A stretch of DNA of 64,000 bases from the NCBI GenBank assembly GCA_038231275.1, contig JBBRLQ010000008.1, positions 64,001 to 128,000 of the forward strand, in the 5' to 3' direction. The notes under the pieces are model-generated. The model was not told the origin of the DNA, searched no databases, and saw only the letters and a list, made by a program, of their open reading frames with translations. The translations under genes and the position numbers were made by a program. Below, piece after piece: positions 1 through 8,726 of this stretch. Every line of letters begins with the position of its first letter. The stretch's first letter is position 1. The DNA is from Polyangiales bacterium (GTDB lineage: Bacteria; Myxococcota_A; Polyangia; Polyangiales; Polyangiaceae).

Positions 1-2
1 CC

Positions 3-1055
3 ACGCCGCCTCCCGCCGCCGGCTTCGGCGCCAACGAGCCAGGCGCCAGCATGCACGAGGTTCACGTCTGCGGCCTGACGCCAGGCACGACGTACTATTA
101 CCAAGTCGGCGGCGGCACCCCCGAGGTGTGGAGCGATCCGCAACAGATCACGACGGTTCCCAAAACCGGCAAGGTCACGATCGGTCTCTCCGGCGACTCG
201 CGCGACTCCTCTGACATCTTCCAGGCCCTACAAACGCGCATGCGCGATCAGGCCGTGAGCCTCCAGCTCTTCAGCGGCGATCTCCTCCTCTATGGGACGC
301 AGCAGTCGCTCTACGCGTCGTTCCTCGACAAGGCGTGGAAGGATCCGAGCGGCAAGCTCCTCACGCTCGGCCAGCAGATGATGGTGGTGGTGCCCGGCAA
401 CCACGAGAACGACTCGGTGCAGTTCTTCGGCAACTTCTCGCTCCCAGGGGACGGACCCAACGCCGAGACGTACGGATCGTTCGACGCCGGGGGCGCGCAC
501 ATCGCCGTCCTCGACGACCAGTCGCTCGCCGAAGGACCCACCTCCGATACGTCGAAGGAGCAGCTCGCCTGGCTCGACGACGATCTCGCGAAGGCCGACG
601 CGAACCGCGCCGCCGTGCCCTTCCTGCTCGTCCTGCACCACCGCGGCGAGATGTCGACATCGAACCACGGGACGGACGGCGACGTCGTGCGCGTCAAGAA
701 CGAGCTCGTGCCGGTCTGGGACAAGCACCACGTCGATCTCGTCCTCAACGGTCACGATCACAACTACGAGCGGAGCAAGCCCCTCACCGGCCCGGCGTCG
801 GCGCCGACGGTGCAGACCTCCGCGACCGCCGGCACGACGTACATCGTATGCGCCGGCGCGGGCGCGAGCAGCTACAGCCCCGGCGGCACGCCCGTCGCGA
901 CCCGCGAGAAGAACGTCGGCTTCGGCGGCTCGACCGGATATTCCGGCGTCTACGCGATCCTCTCGGTCGAGGGCCGCAAGCTTCATTTCTCGGCCTACGG
1001 GCTCAAAGGCGTCGCGCCGGACGACGAGATCGACTCCTTCGACCTGAGCCGCTGA
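3..1055 (+). CDS. Purple acid phosphatase-like metallophosphoesterase with FN3-like N-terminus (5' truncated by window edge)
   Basis: Metal motifs GD, GDxxxY, GNHE, HH, GHDH; FN3-type GLTPGTTYYYQVG; frame open to window start. Confidence 0.85.
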   Translation, partial: TPPPAAGFGANEPGASMHEVHVCGLTPGTTYYYQVGGGTPEVWSDPQQITTVPKTGKVTIGLSGDSRDSSDIFQALQTRMRDQAVSLQLFSGDLLLYGTQQSLYASFLDKAWKDPSGKLLTLGQQMMVVVPGNHENDSVQFFGNFSLPGDGPNAETYGSFDAGGAHIAVLDDQSLAEGPTSDTSKEQLAWLDDDLAKADANRAAVPFLLVLHHRGEMSTSNHGTDGDVVRVKNELVPVWDKHHVDLVLNGHDHNYERSKPLTGPASAPTVQTSATAGTTYIVCAGAGASSYSPGGTPVATREKNVGFGGSTGYSGVYAILSVEGRKLHFSAYGLKGVAPDDEIDSFDLSR

Positions 1056-1112
1056 CCGCGCCGTGCGACGAACAGGTGACGTGGGCGCCCTGTTCCGACT
1101 AGTCTGCCCGGC

Positions 1113-1736
1113 ATGTTCGGTCCCAAGAACAGAGACCACGTCTTCTTCGACGCGTTCACCGCCCACGCGCAGAAGAGCGTCGAGGCCGCGAAGATGCTCG
1201 TCGAGATGCTCGAGCACCCCGACAAGGCGTCCGAGCTGGCCACCAAGATCACCGAGGCCGAGAACCGCGGCGACCGGCTCACGCACGAGACCGTACGCAA
1301 GCTCCACGAGACGTGGATCACGCCGCTCGACCGCAACGACATCCACCTGCTCATTACGCGCATGGATGACGTGCTCGACCTCATCGAGGCGGTGAGCGAG
1401 CGCGTGCTCCTGTTCGAGCTCACCGAGGTGCGACCTCTCGCGGTCGACATCGCAAAGGTGCTCGTCCGCTCGTGCGAGAAGCTGCACAAGGCGATGCTGC
1501 TCCTCCCGGGCCTCAAGCAACCGAACGAGCTCCTCGAGATCTGCATCGAAGTGAACCAGCTCGAGAACGACGCCGACGGCATCTACCGCCACGCGATCGC
1601 CGAGCTGTTCAAGTCCGGCACGGATCCGATCGTCGTCATGAAGTGGCGCGACATCTACGACAACCTCGAGTCGGCGACCGATCGCTGCGAGGACGTCGCG
1701 AACATCGTCGAAGGGGTCGTTCTCGAGTACGCGTGA
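1113..1736 (+). CDS. DUF47 / PhoU-like phosphate transport regulator
   Basis: ITPLDRNDI, E..AD and LESATDRCEDVA motifs; TGATG overlap with the PiT gene. Confidence 0.9.
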   Translation: MFGPKNRDHVFFDAFTAHAQKSVEAAKMLVEMLEHPDKASELATKITEAENRGDRLTHETVRKLHETWITPLDRNDIHLLITRMDDVLDLIEAVSERVLLFELTEVRPLAVDIAKVLVRSCEKLHKAMLLLPGLKQPNELLEICIEVNQLENDADGIYRHAIAELFKSGTDPIVVMKWRDIYDNLESATDRCEDVANIVEGVVLEYA

Positions 1737-2743
1737 TGGGAACCCTCGTCCTCATCATCGCGCTCGCGCTCGCGTTCGACTACATCAACGGCTTCCACGA
1801 CGCCGCGAACTCGATCGCCACGGTCGTCTCGACCCGCGTGCTCAGCCCGCGCAAGGCCGTCCTCTGGGCGGCGTTCTTCAACTTCATCGCGTTCCTCGTC
1901 TTCAGCACACACGTCGCCGGGAACATCGCCAAGGGCGTCGACCCGCACGTCGTCACGCTCGGCCTGGTCGGCGCGGGCCTCACCGGCGCCATCGTTTGGG
2001 ACCTGCTCACGTGGTGGTGGGGCCTGCCGACGTCGTCGTCGCACGCGCTCCTCGGCGGCATCGCCGGCGCGGCAGTGGTGAAGGCGGGCTTCGGCTGCCT
2101 GGACGCGCCTTTCTTCCAGAAGACGGCGCTCTTCATCGTCCTCTCGCCGCTCATCGGCGGCGTCCTCGGCTACCTCACGATGAAGCTGACCGAGATCCTG
2201 CTCGGCCATCGCCCGACGCGCCAGATCGACAGGTGGTTCCGTCGGCTGCAGCTGCTGTCGGCGTCGCTCTACTCGCTCGGCCACGGCGGCAACGACGCGC
2301 AAAAGACGATGGGCATCATCGTCGCCGCGCTCGTCGCCGCAGGCCAGCTCGCGCCGGGCACCAAGTCGCATCCGACCGACGTGCCCTTCTGGGTCGTCCT
2401 CCTCTGCCACACGGCGATGGGGCTCGGCACATTGACCGGAGGGTGGCGCATCGTGAAGACGATGGGCATGAAGATCACCAAGCTCCAGCCGGTCGGCGGC
2501 TTTTGCGCCGAGACCGGTGGCGCGGTCACGCTCTTCACGGCCACCGCGCTAGGCATCCCCGTCTCCACGACGCACACGATCACGGGCGCGATCGTCGGCG
2601 TGGGGAGCACGCGCCAGCTGAGCGCGGTCAGGTGGGGCGTCGCGGGGCGGATCGTGTGGGCGTGGGTCCTCACAGTCCCCGGTGCCGCCGCGATCGCCGC
2701 GCTCACGTACTACTTCCTCAAGTGGTGCGGCGTCCCGGTCTGA
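1736..2743 (+). CDS. pit: Inorganic phosphate transporter, PiT family
   Basis: NGFHDAANSIAT, GLPTSSSHA, HGGNDAQK, GIPVSTTH signatures; hydrophobic; ATG at 1736. Confidence 0.93.
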   Translation: MGTLVLIIALALAFDYINGFHDAANSIATVVSTRVLSPRKAVLWAAFFNFIAFLVFSTHVAGNIAKGVDPHVVTLGLVGAGLTGAIVWDLLTWWWGLPTSSSHALLGGIAGAAVVKAGFGCLDAPFFQKTALFIVLSPLIGGVLGYLTMKLTEILLGHRPTRQIDRWFRRLQLLSASLYSLGHGGNDAQKTMGIIVAALVAAGQLAPGTKSHPTDVPFWVVLLCHTAMGLGTLTGGWRIVKTMGMKITKLQPVGGFCAETGGAVTLFTATALGIPVSTTHTITGAIVGVGSTRQLSAVRWGVAGRIVWAWVLTVPGAAAIAALTYYFLKWCGVPV

Positions 2744-2765
2744 CGGCGCGCGGCCACGAGCGTGA

Positions 2766-3761
2766 CTACGGCTCTTTCGAGGCGCCGCGCTCCTTCGTGC
2801 TCGAGAAATAGGCGACCTTGCGTGCGCGCATCATGCCGCCGAGCGGCGTGTGCTCGACGAGCGCGTGCCAAGGATCGAAGCTCATCGCCTCGACCGCGGC
2901 GGCGAGCGCCTTTCCTTCGTCGCTCGCGAGATCCTGCGAAGGGATCGTGAGCCGACCGACAGCGACGTACGGCGTACTCCAGTCGACAGAGGCGTCCTCG
3001 ATCGGCGTCGTCGCCTCGGACTCGAAGAACTGGAGGCGTAGATCGTAGGCGAGCTCGCCTCTCGAGAGGCGCGCGCGCAGATCCTCGGCGAGGTAGTCGC
3101 GTCCTCGGCCGTCGGGGAGGGCCGCGTCCTTCGCTTGGCATGGTGCGAACGCGATTCGCGCCGCGTGGGGACCGATACGGATCGGCAGGGCGCTGTAGAA
3201 CGTAGTCCCCGCGAGCGAGGCGACCGGCTTGCCGGCGGTGCGCGCGAGGGCGCCGAGCACCTGGAACGTGCGAAAGAGGCCGAGCGCACCGAGGAGACGG
3301 AACGGCAGCGACGCCGGGCTCTCCGCCGCGCGCACGAAGGCCATGAACTCGTCGGCGGTCCGGAACGGGGTGGACGACGACTGGATCGCCAGAAAATCCT
3401 GGGTGGTCGCGTCCTCGAGGCCGGGCAGGATCTTCTTGCCGGGAACGCCGAGGAGCTTCACCGCGATGCCGCGCACGTCGCCCGCCTTGTCCGACTGGCG
3501 CTTGCCCGAGCCGTTCGACCACCGCACCCTCGCGTCGAACGTGCGCGCCTCCGCGAAGACGCCGTGCTTCGCGTGCGCCGGCACATCCGCATGAATCGCG
3601 AGCGTCGCGCGCACGCCGGAGTGCCCCTTCGCGTGGAGCGCACGCGCCGCGGTGCCGCTGGCGGCGTGCTTCATCTGAAGCGCGTGGAGCTGCTGGGAGT
3701 ACGCCGCAAAGCGCGTGGCCTCCCCCTCGGGGACCGTCTCTTTCCAATCGGTGCTCGCCAT
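2766..3761 (-). CDS. Short catalase-like heme protein
   Basis: RALHAKGH (distal His), RWSNG, DVRGIAVK, FDPWH, RxxAY (proximal Tyr); start MASTDW at 3761. Confidence 0.8.
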   Translation of the reverse strand: MASTDWKETVPEGEATRFAAYSQQLHALQMKHAASGTAARALHAKGHSGVRATLAIHADVPAHAKHGVFAEARTFDARVRWSNGSGKRQSDKAGDVRGIAVKLLGVPGKKILPGLEDATTQDFLAIQSSSTPFRTADEFMAFVRAAESPASLPFRLLGALGLFRTFQVLGALARTAGKPVASLAGTTFYSALPIRIGPHAARIAFAPCQAKDAALPDGRGRDYLAEDLRARLSRGELAYDLRLQFFESEATTPIEDASVDWSTPYVAVGRLTIPSQDLASDEGKALAAAVEAMSFDPWHALVEHTPLGGMMRARKVAYFSSTKERGASKEP

Positions 3762-3839
3762 GGCGCGGGAGCATAGCCCCGATACTTTCCGCCAACGTTG
3801 GCAGAAGCCCCGACTTACAGCGTAAACCTGCGCTGTAGC

Positions 3840-4979
3840 ATGGAGCCGGTACGCCTGACGACGTGGACGTTCGCCGCATCGCTGCTCCTGACGGGCTGCG
3901 CTTCGATCCTCGGCGCAGACTTCGATCGCCCAGGCGCGTCCTCGAGCGACGACGACGCAGGGTTCGGGTCGGGGTCGGGGTCGGGGTCCGGGTCGGGGTC
4001 GGGATCCGGGTCCGGGTCCGGGTCGGGGTCGGGATCCGGGTCCGGGTCCGGGTCGGGGTCCGGGTCGGGGTCCGGGTCGGATTCGGGGTCGGGGTCCGGG
4101 TCCGGGTCGGATTCGGGGTCGGCGTCGGATTCTCCAAGCGGCGGCGGCGGCGTCTTCCTCTTCGGCGGCGACGGCCCCACCACGATCTTCGACGACACGT
4201 GGCGCTTCGACGGCGCGACCTGGACCCAACGCAACATCACCGGCCCCGGCAAACGCTACGGCGCGTCGATGGCGCGGCTCGGAAACAAACTCGTCCTCTT
4301 CGGCGGCAGCGGCTACGCGAACCAGAAGCTCGGCGACACGTGGGAGTTCGACGGCACCGCGTGGGCGAAGGTCGCCGACGGCGGTCCCAGCGCGCGCGCG
4401 TACGCCGCGATGGCGCGCATCGGCACCTCCCTCGTCCTCTTTGGCGGCGACGACGGCGCGATAGACCTCGGCGACACGTGGACGTGGGACGGCGCGCGCT
4501 GGACCCTCGCCGCGGCGACCGGACCGAGCCCGCGCGAGGACGCCGTCGCGACCGCGTTCGGGAGCGGCGTCGTCCTCTTCGGCGGCAGCCACCGCTCGGC
4601 AGAATTTTACCGCGACACGTGGACGTGGAACGGCGCGGCGTGGATCCAAGCGAGCACGACGGGGCCCGGCCCGCGACGCGACGCCGCCCTCGCAGAAGCC
4701 GCGGGCGTGGTCGTCCTCTTCGGCGGATTCAGCGGGACGGGGTATTTCGACGACACGTGGAGCTGGAATGGCGCCGCCTGGTCGCAACTCTCGGCGACGG
4801 GCCCCGCGCCGCGCGCCGCTGCGTCCGCCACTTCCTGGAGCGGCGGCGTCATCCTCTTCGGTGGCGTCAACGATTCGGGCTACCTCGGCGACGCGTGGCG
4901 ATGGAACGGCGCGGCGTGGACGACCGCCGGCGGCGCCGGCCCCGATCCGCGAAGCCTCGTCGCGATGGGCGCGCTCTGA
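3840..4979 (+). CDS. Kelch-repeat beta-propeller lipoprotein with (GS)n linker
   Basis: Lipobox LTGC; six LFGG...DxW..DG..W Kelch repeats. Confidence 0.85.
   Translation: MEPVRLTTWTFAASLLLTGCASILGADFDRPGASSSDDDAGFGSGSGSGSGSGSGSGSGSGSGSGSGSGSGSGSGSGSGSDSGSGSGSGSDSGSASDSPSGGGGVFLFGGDGPTTIFDDTWRFDGATWTQRNITGPGKRYGASMARLGNKLVLFGGSGYANQKLGDTWEFDGTAWAKVADGGPSARAYAAMARIGTSLVLFGGDDGAIDLGDTWTWDGARWTLAAATGPSPREDAVATAFGSGVVLFGGSHRSAEFYRDTWTWNGAAWIQASTTGPGPRRDAALAEAAGVVVLFGGFSGTGYFDDTWSWNGAAWSQLSATGPAPRAAASATSWSGGVILFGGVNDSGYLGDAWRWNGAAWTTAGGAGPDPRSLVAMGAL
3966..4122 (+). repeat. Coding hexanucleotide tandem repeat (GGGTCS)n encoding a Gly-Ser linker
   Basis: Visible gggtcg/gggtcc runs in frame with the Kelch lipoprotein. 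Confidence 0.9.
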
Positions 4980-4986
4980 TTCCGTG

Positions 4987-6153
4987 TCAGAACGTCGCGA
5001 CCGCGCCGAGGTGAAAGCTCACCTCACGCGTGTGACCTCGCTCGTCGCGATCCGAGAACCCCCACACCTCCGTCGACGCCTTGAGCCGCACGTTGTCGTC
5101 GATCGCGAACGCGGTCCCCAAGGTCGCCCGGCCCACCGAGCTCCGTGACGCGAGCGCCGAGCCGACGACGACGTTTCCCACGCGGTACATGCCGTCCACC
5201 CGCACGATGAGATCGAGCGCGCTCGTGAGCGGCTGCTCGATCTCGGCGTACGCCCCGTGCTTCACGAAGAAATCGCCGCCCGACTGCGGGACCTGATACC
5301 GAAACCGCGTCGGGTCCGACGCGTCGAACGCTTGCCGCCGCACGAGGTACTCGAAGCGGAGCGACGTGCGATCGAGGCGGAAGCTCAGATCGCCGCCAAT
5401 GATCGTGTACGTGAGGAGGTTGTCGGGATCGAAGGTGCCGTGCATGCCGCTGGCGCCGATCGTCATGTCGGACGTCGGCGTGAACTTCGCGGTGAGCGCC
5501 GCGCGACCGCCCACCGCGGGCCGCGCGTTGTTGTCGACGTAGTAGACGCTGCCTCCGCGCGACTGGGCGAAGTCGAGGTCTGAGCCGCTCGCGTCGGCCT
5601 TGAAGCCGCTGACGGCGTATGCGGCGTAGTCGATCTGCACGACGTCCGCGAACCAGTGCGTTCCGTTCATCTCGACGCCGTCGTCGGGGAACGGGCTCGG
5701 CAGCACGCCCATGTTCCAGTCGCGCATGCGGAGCATCCGGCCCATGTCGTAGGGCAGCGGTTTGTCGCTCAGCTTGTGGTTGCCCGGATCGTGGCGCAGG
5801 TTGAACGATCCGAAGCTGGGGCTGAAGCGACCGATACGTACGTTTAGCTCGTCGACGGCGCGGAGATCGAAGTACGCCATGTCCGTCTCGAAGCCGTGGC
5901 AGCCGACGCAGACCTTGACGTTCGCCGAGACGTGCTCGCCGAGGTCCACGGCGAGCTTGAGCGACGCTTCTTTCGTGAATCCATCGAAGGTGAAGGCGTG
6001 CCCGTTGGCGTCCCGCTGCGACGGGACCAAGTGGTAGTCGAGCTGCGCCGAGCCGGAGAACGTTCGCTCGATCGCCTGCGCCGGCGCGCCCGTCGCGAGC
6101 AACGCAACGGCGATCGCCAGCACCTGCGCGAGGAGGAGGAAGGCGTGCTTCAC
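4987..6153 (-). CDS. Outer-membrane beta-barrel (porin-like) protein containing a CxxCH motif
   Basis: Signal peptide ending AQA; amphipathic beta strands; C-terminal Phe (VATF); CVGCH at 5896-5910; GTG start overlaps upstream stop. Confidence 0.75.
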   Translation of the reverse strand: MKHAFLLLAQVLAIAVALLATGAPAQAIERTFSGSAQLDYHLVPSQRDANGHAFTFDGFTKEASLKLAVDLGEHVSANVKVCVGCHGFETDMAYFDLRAVDELNVRIGRFSPSFGSFNLRHDPGNHKLSDKPLPYDMGRMLRMRDWNMGVLPSPFPDDGVEMNGTHWFADVVQIDYAAYAVSGFKADASGSDLDFAQSRGGSVYYVDNNARPAVGGRAALTAKFTPTSDMTIGASGMHGTFDPDNLLTYTIIGGDLSFRLDRTSLRFEYLVRRQAFDASDPTRFRYQVPQSGGDFFVKHGAYAEIEQPLTSALDLIVRVDGMYRVGNVVVGSALASRSSVGRATLGTAFAIDDNVRLKASTEVWGFSDRDERGHTREVSFHLGAVATF

Positions 6154-6500
6154 TTCTCGGCCTCGGCCTTCGCGTCGCGCTGGCGGCGCACGCGGACGTG
6201 GAGGTAGCGCAGGATCGCCTCGGCGTCGGTCACCGTGATCCCGCTCGCGGGCTGGCGTCGCATCCGCGTCACGTAGGCGACCCACTTCGCGTCGGTCTCG
6301 AAGCCGCTCTCGAGCGCGCGAGACAGCGCGTGGCACTTCGAGCAGCGTCGCTCGAAGATCGCGTAGTCCGCGTGGAGCTGAGCGGGATCCTCGGACGCGA
6401 GGAGGCTCGCCGGACGCGGTTTGGCGCTCGAGCAGCCGGACGCCATCACCAGCAGCGGCAGCGACAGCGACAGCGACAAGAGGAGGGCGCGCACGCTCAT
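6150..6500 (-). CDS. Small monoheme c-type cytochrome lipoprotein
   Basis: Lipobox ASGC; CSKCH; W...V.RM Met-ligand region; ATGA overlap. Confidence 0.8.
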   Translation of the reverse strand: MSVRALLLSLSLSLPLLVMASGCSSAKPRPASLLASEDPAQLHADYAIFERRCSKCHALSRALESGFETDAKWVAYVTRMRRQPASGITVTDAEAILRYLHVRVRRQRDAKAEAEK

Positions 6501-7027
6501 TCGTCGTCGGCTCCGATCGCGCCCTCGGCGATCCAGCGCTCGACGAGCGCGATGTCCGCGGGCTGCCAGTACGGTGGGCCGTCGCGCGGCATGCGGGCGC
6601 CGGACGGGAACGTTCCCAGCAGCTTCTGTGGCAGCTTCGAGTCCGTGGGATTTCGTGCGATCACGATGGCCGCGCCGGTGTTCGCGCCGCCGCGACGGAG
6701 CGCGCCCAGCGTCGCCAGATCGAGCCCCGTCGCGTCGAGGCCCGGGTGATCGCCCTGCGTCGAATAGTGACAGGCCTTGCACCCGTGACCGCTCGGATCG
6801 CGGTTCGATCGGTCCATCAACGGGCGAATGTCGAAGCGGAAGCTCACCGGTCGAAGCCCTCCCGTGTCACCGCCGCCGTCGGTCGCGCGGGACACGTCGG
6901 CGCCCGCGTCCACGAGCGGCGTCGTGCGGCCGGCGTCGTCGACGAGCTGACCGACGTTGGGATCGAAGAACCCGCAGCCCATCCCGACGAACGGAACACC
7001 CAGGATGACGGCGACGCGCACGGTCAC
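6497..7027 (-). CDS. Monoheme c-type cytochrome lipoprotein (planctomycete cytochrome c-like)
   Basis: VSFRFDIRPLM..CKACH..GLDL..RMP..WIAEGA pattern; probable lipobox MGC; GTGA overlap. Confidence 0.8.
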   Translation of the reverse strand: MTVRVAVILGVPFVGMGCGFFDPNVGQLVDDAGRTTPLVDAGADVSRATDGGGDTGGLRPVSFRFDIRPLMDRSNRDPSGHGCKACHYSTQGDHPGLDATGLDLATLGALRRGGANTGAAIVIARNPTDSKLPQKLLGTFPSGARMPRDGPPYWQPADIALVERWIAEGAIGADDE

Positions 7028-8718
7028 GTGCCCGAAAGCGTCAGCGCGATCTGCGCCGAGGCCGTCCCGGTGTCCGCGCTCGGCATCCGTCCGCCGAGGA
7101 GCTGCGACTCCACGCACCGCCGGAGCACCGGCGACGCGCCCGCCGGCGTCATCGTCGCGCTCACCACGCGCAGATCGTCGATCTTGAGGGTGACGAGGAC
7201 GGACGCGGGCGACGGCGACGCTCCGGACTTCAGCGCGGCGACGTAGCATCCGCGAAGATCCACGCGCGCGAGCGCGTTCGTCACGTCTCGCGTGGTGACG
7301 CGGACGACGTTGATCGAGTCGACGGCGACGCGCGCGTTTTTCAGATCGACGGCGGGCGGTGGTGCCGGCGCCGGCAGGGGTGCGGGCGTCGGCGTCTGTG
7401 CGGGCGTGGGCGTGACGGCAGGTGGGTCGGGCGCGACCGCCACCGGCGTCGGGCTCGGGATCGGCGAAGGCGAGCGCCCTCGCGCGCCTCGACTCGCGAC
7501 GCGACCCGTCGAGACGGGGACGATCGGCTCAGGCACGACCGGATCCGTCGTCGCAGGCGAGACCGGCGGAGGGGACGCGACGGGGATGTCGGGCGCGGTC
7601 GCCGCCGCGGTCACGGGAGGCGGCGCGACGCTCGCACGCGGACGCAAGGACCCCGCGAGCCCCGCGAGGCCGCCGATCAGGACGAGCAGCGGGGCCACGC
7701 GCCACCCCCGCGAGCCGCCTCCTCCTCGAGCCACCGGCGCGCCCGGCCGAACAGAGCTCGTCTTCTCCGGAAGATTCTCCGGAAGAAGCTCCTTCAGCTC
7801 GGCGCGCATCTCTCGCGCGCTCGCGTATCGCTCCGCAGGCTCGCGCCCCATCGCCTTCATGCAGATCCGCGCGAGCGCCGGGTTCACCTTCGGCCGCAGC
7901 TCCTGAGGCGGTTTCAAGACCCCCGTCATGTGCATCTGCGCGAGGATGCCCGGATCCGCGTGCTCGAACGGCAGCCGGTCGGTGAGCAGCTCGTACAGGA
8001 TGACCCCGAGCGAATAGAGGTCGCTGCGCGCGTCGAGCGGATCGCCGGCGGCCTGCTCGGGTGACATGTACGCAGGCGTGCCGAGGATGACACCGGCCTG
8101 CGTCAGCCTCCCGGGCACGCCGGGCATCTCCGACCCGTCGACGATGCTGCGGCGATCGCGCGCGCCCGCCGTGAAGACCTTGGCGATGCCGAAATCGCAG
8201 ACCTTGACGATCTCCTGGTGCCGCCCCTCGTCGTCGGTGCCGTGGACGAGGAGGATGTTCTCCGGCTTCAGATCGCGGTGCAAAATGCCCTGTTCGTGCG
8301 CGACCGCGATCGCCGCGAGGGCCTGGCTCAGGATCGACGCCATGCGCGCGTCGCGGAGCGGCCACTCCGGCATGACGTCGTGGAGCGAGCGACCCTCGAC
8401 GAACTCCATCGCGATGTAGAGGAGCCCGTCGTCCTCGCGACCGAAGTCGATCACGCGCGTCGAGTTGGGGTGATCGAGCTTGGACGCCGCCTTCGCCTCG
8501 ACCTCGAAGCGCTCGACGTAGCGGTGCGACGTCTCGAGCTCGCGGTTCAGGATCTTGATCGCGACGGTCTTCTCGAGCGCGACCTGCCGCGCGCGGTACA
8601 CCGTCCCCATCGCGCCGCTGCCGACCTTCGACTGGAGGGTGTACTTGCCTGCGATCGTCCGGCCGATCAGGGTGTCCGCCGCGGGGTCGTCTTGCGGGTC
8701 ACCATGAGGAGAGGACAT
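7024..8718 (-). CDS. Membrane Ser/Thr protein kinase
   Basis: GSGAMG, VAIK, HRDLKPEN, DFG, GTPAYMSPEQ; TM segment then Pro-rich linker; start MSSPHG. Confidence 0.92.
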   Translation of the reverse strand: MSSPHGDPQDDPAADTLIGRTIAGKYTLQSKVGSGAMGTVYRARQVALEKTVAIKILNRELETSHRYVERFEVEAKAASKLDHPNSTRVIDFGREDDGLLYIAMEFVEGRSLHDVMPEWPLRDARMASILSQALAAIAVAHEQGILHRDLKPENILLVHGTDDEGRHQEIVKVCDFGIAKVFTAGARDRRSIVDGSEMPGVPGRLTQAGVILGTPAYMSPEQAAGDPLDARSDLYSLGVILYELLTDRLPFEHADPGILAQMHMTGVLKPPQELRPKVNPALARICMKAMGREPAERYASAREMRAELKELLPENLPEKTSSVRPGAPVARGGGGSRGWRVAPLLVLIGGLAGLAGSLRPRASVAPPPVTAAATAPDIPVASPPPVSPATTDPVVPEPIVPVSTGRVASRGARGRSPSPIPSPTPVAVAPDPPAVTPTPAQTPTPAPLPAPAPPPAVDLKNARVAVDSINVVRVTTRDVTNALARVDLRGCYVAALKSGASPSPASVLVTLKIDDLRVVSATMTPAGASPVLRRCVESQLLGGRMPSADTGTASAQIALTLSGT

Positions 8719-8726
8719 CGGCGCGC

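Noticed and set aside
3966-4122. Tandem DNA repeats here and at about 33403-33597, 38160-38310 and 27369-28169 as non-coding arrays
   Set aside because: All are in-frame coding repeats with synonymous variation
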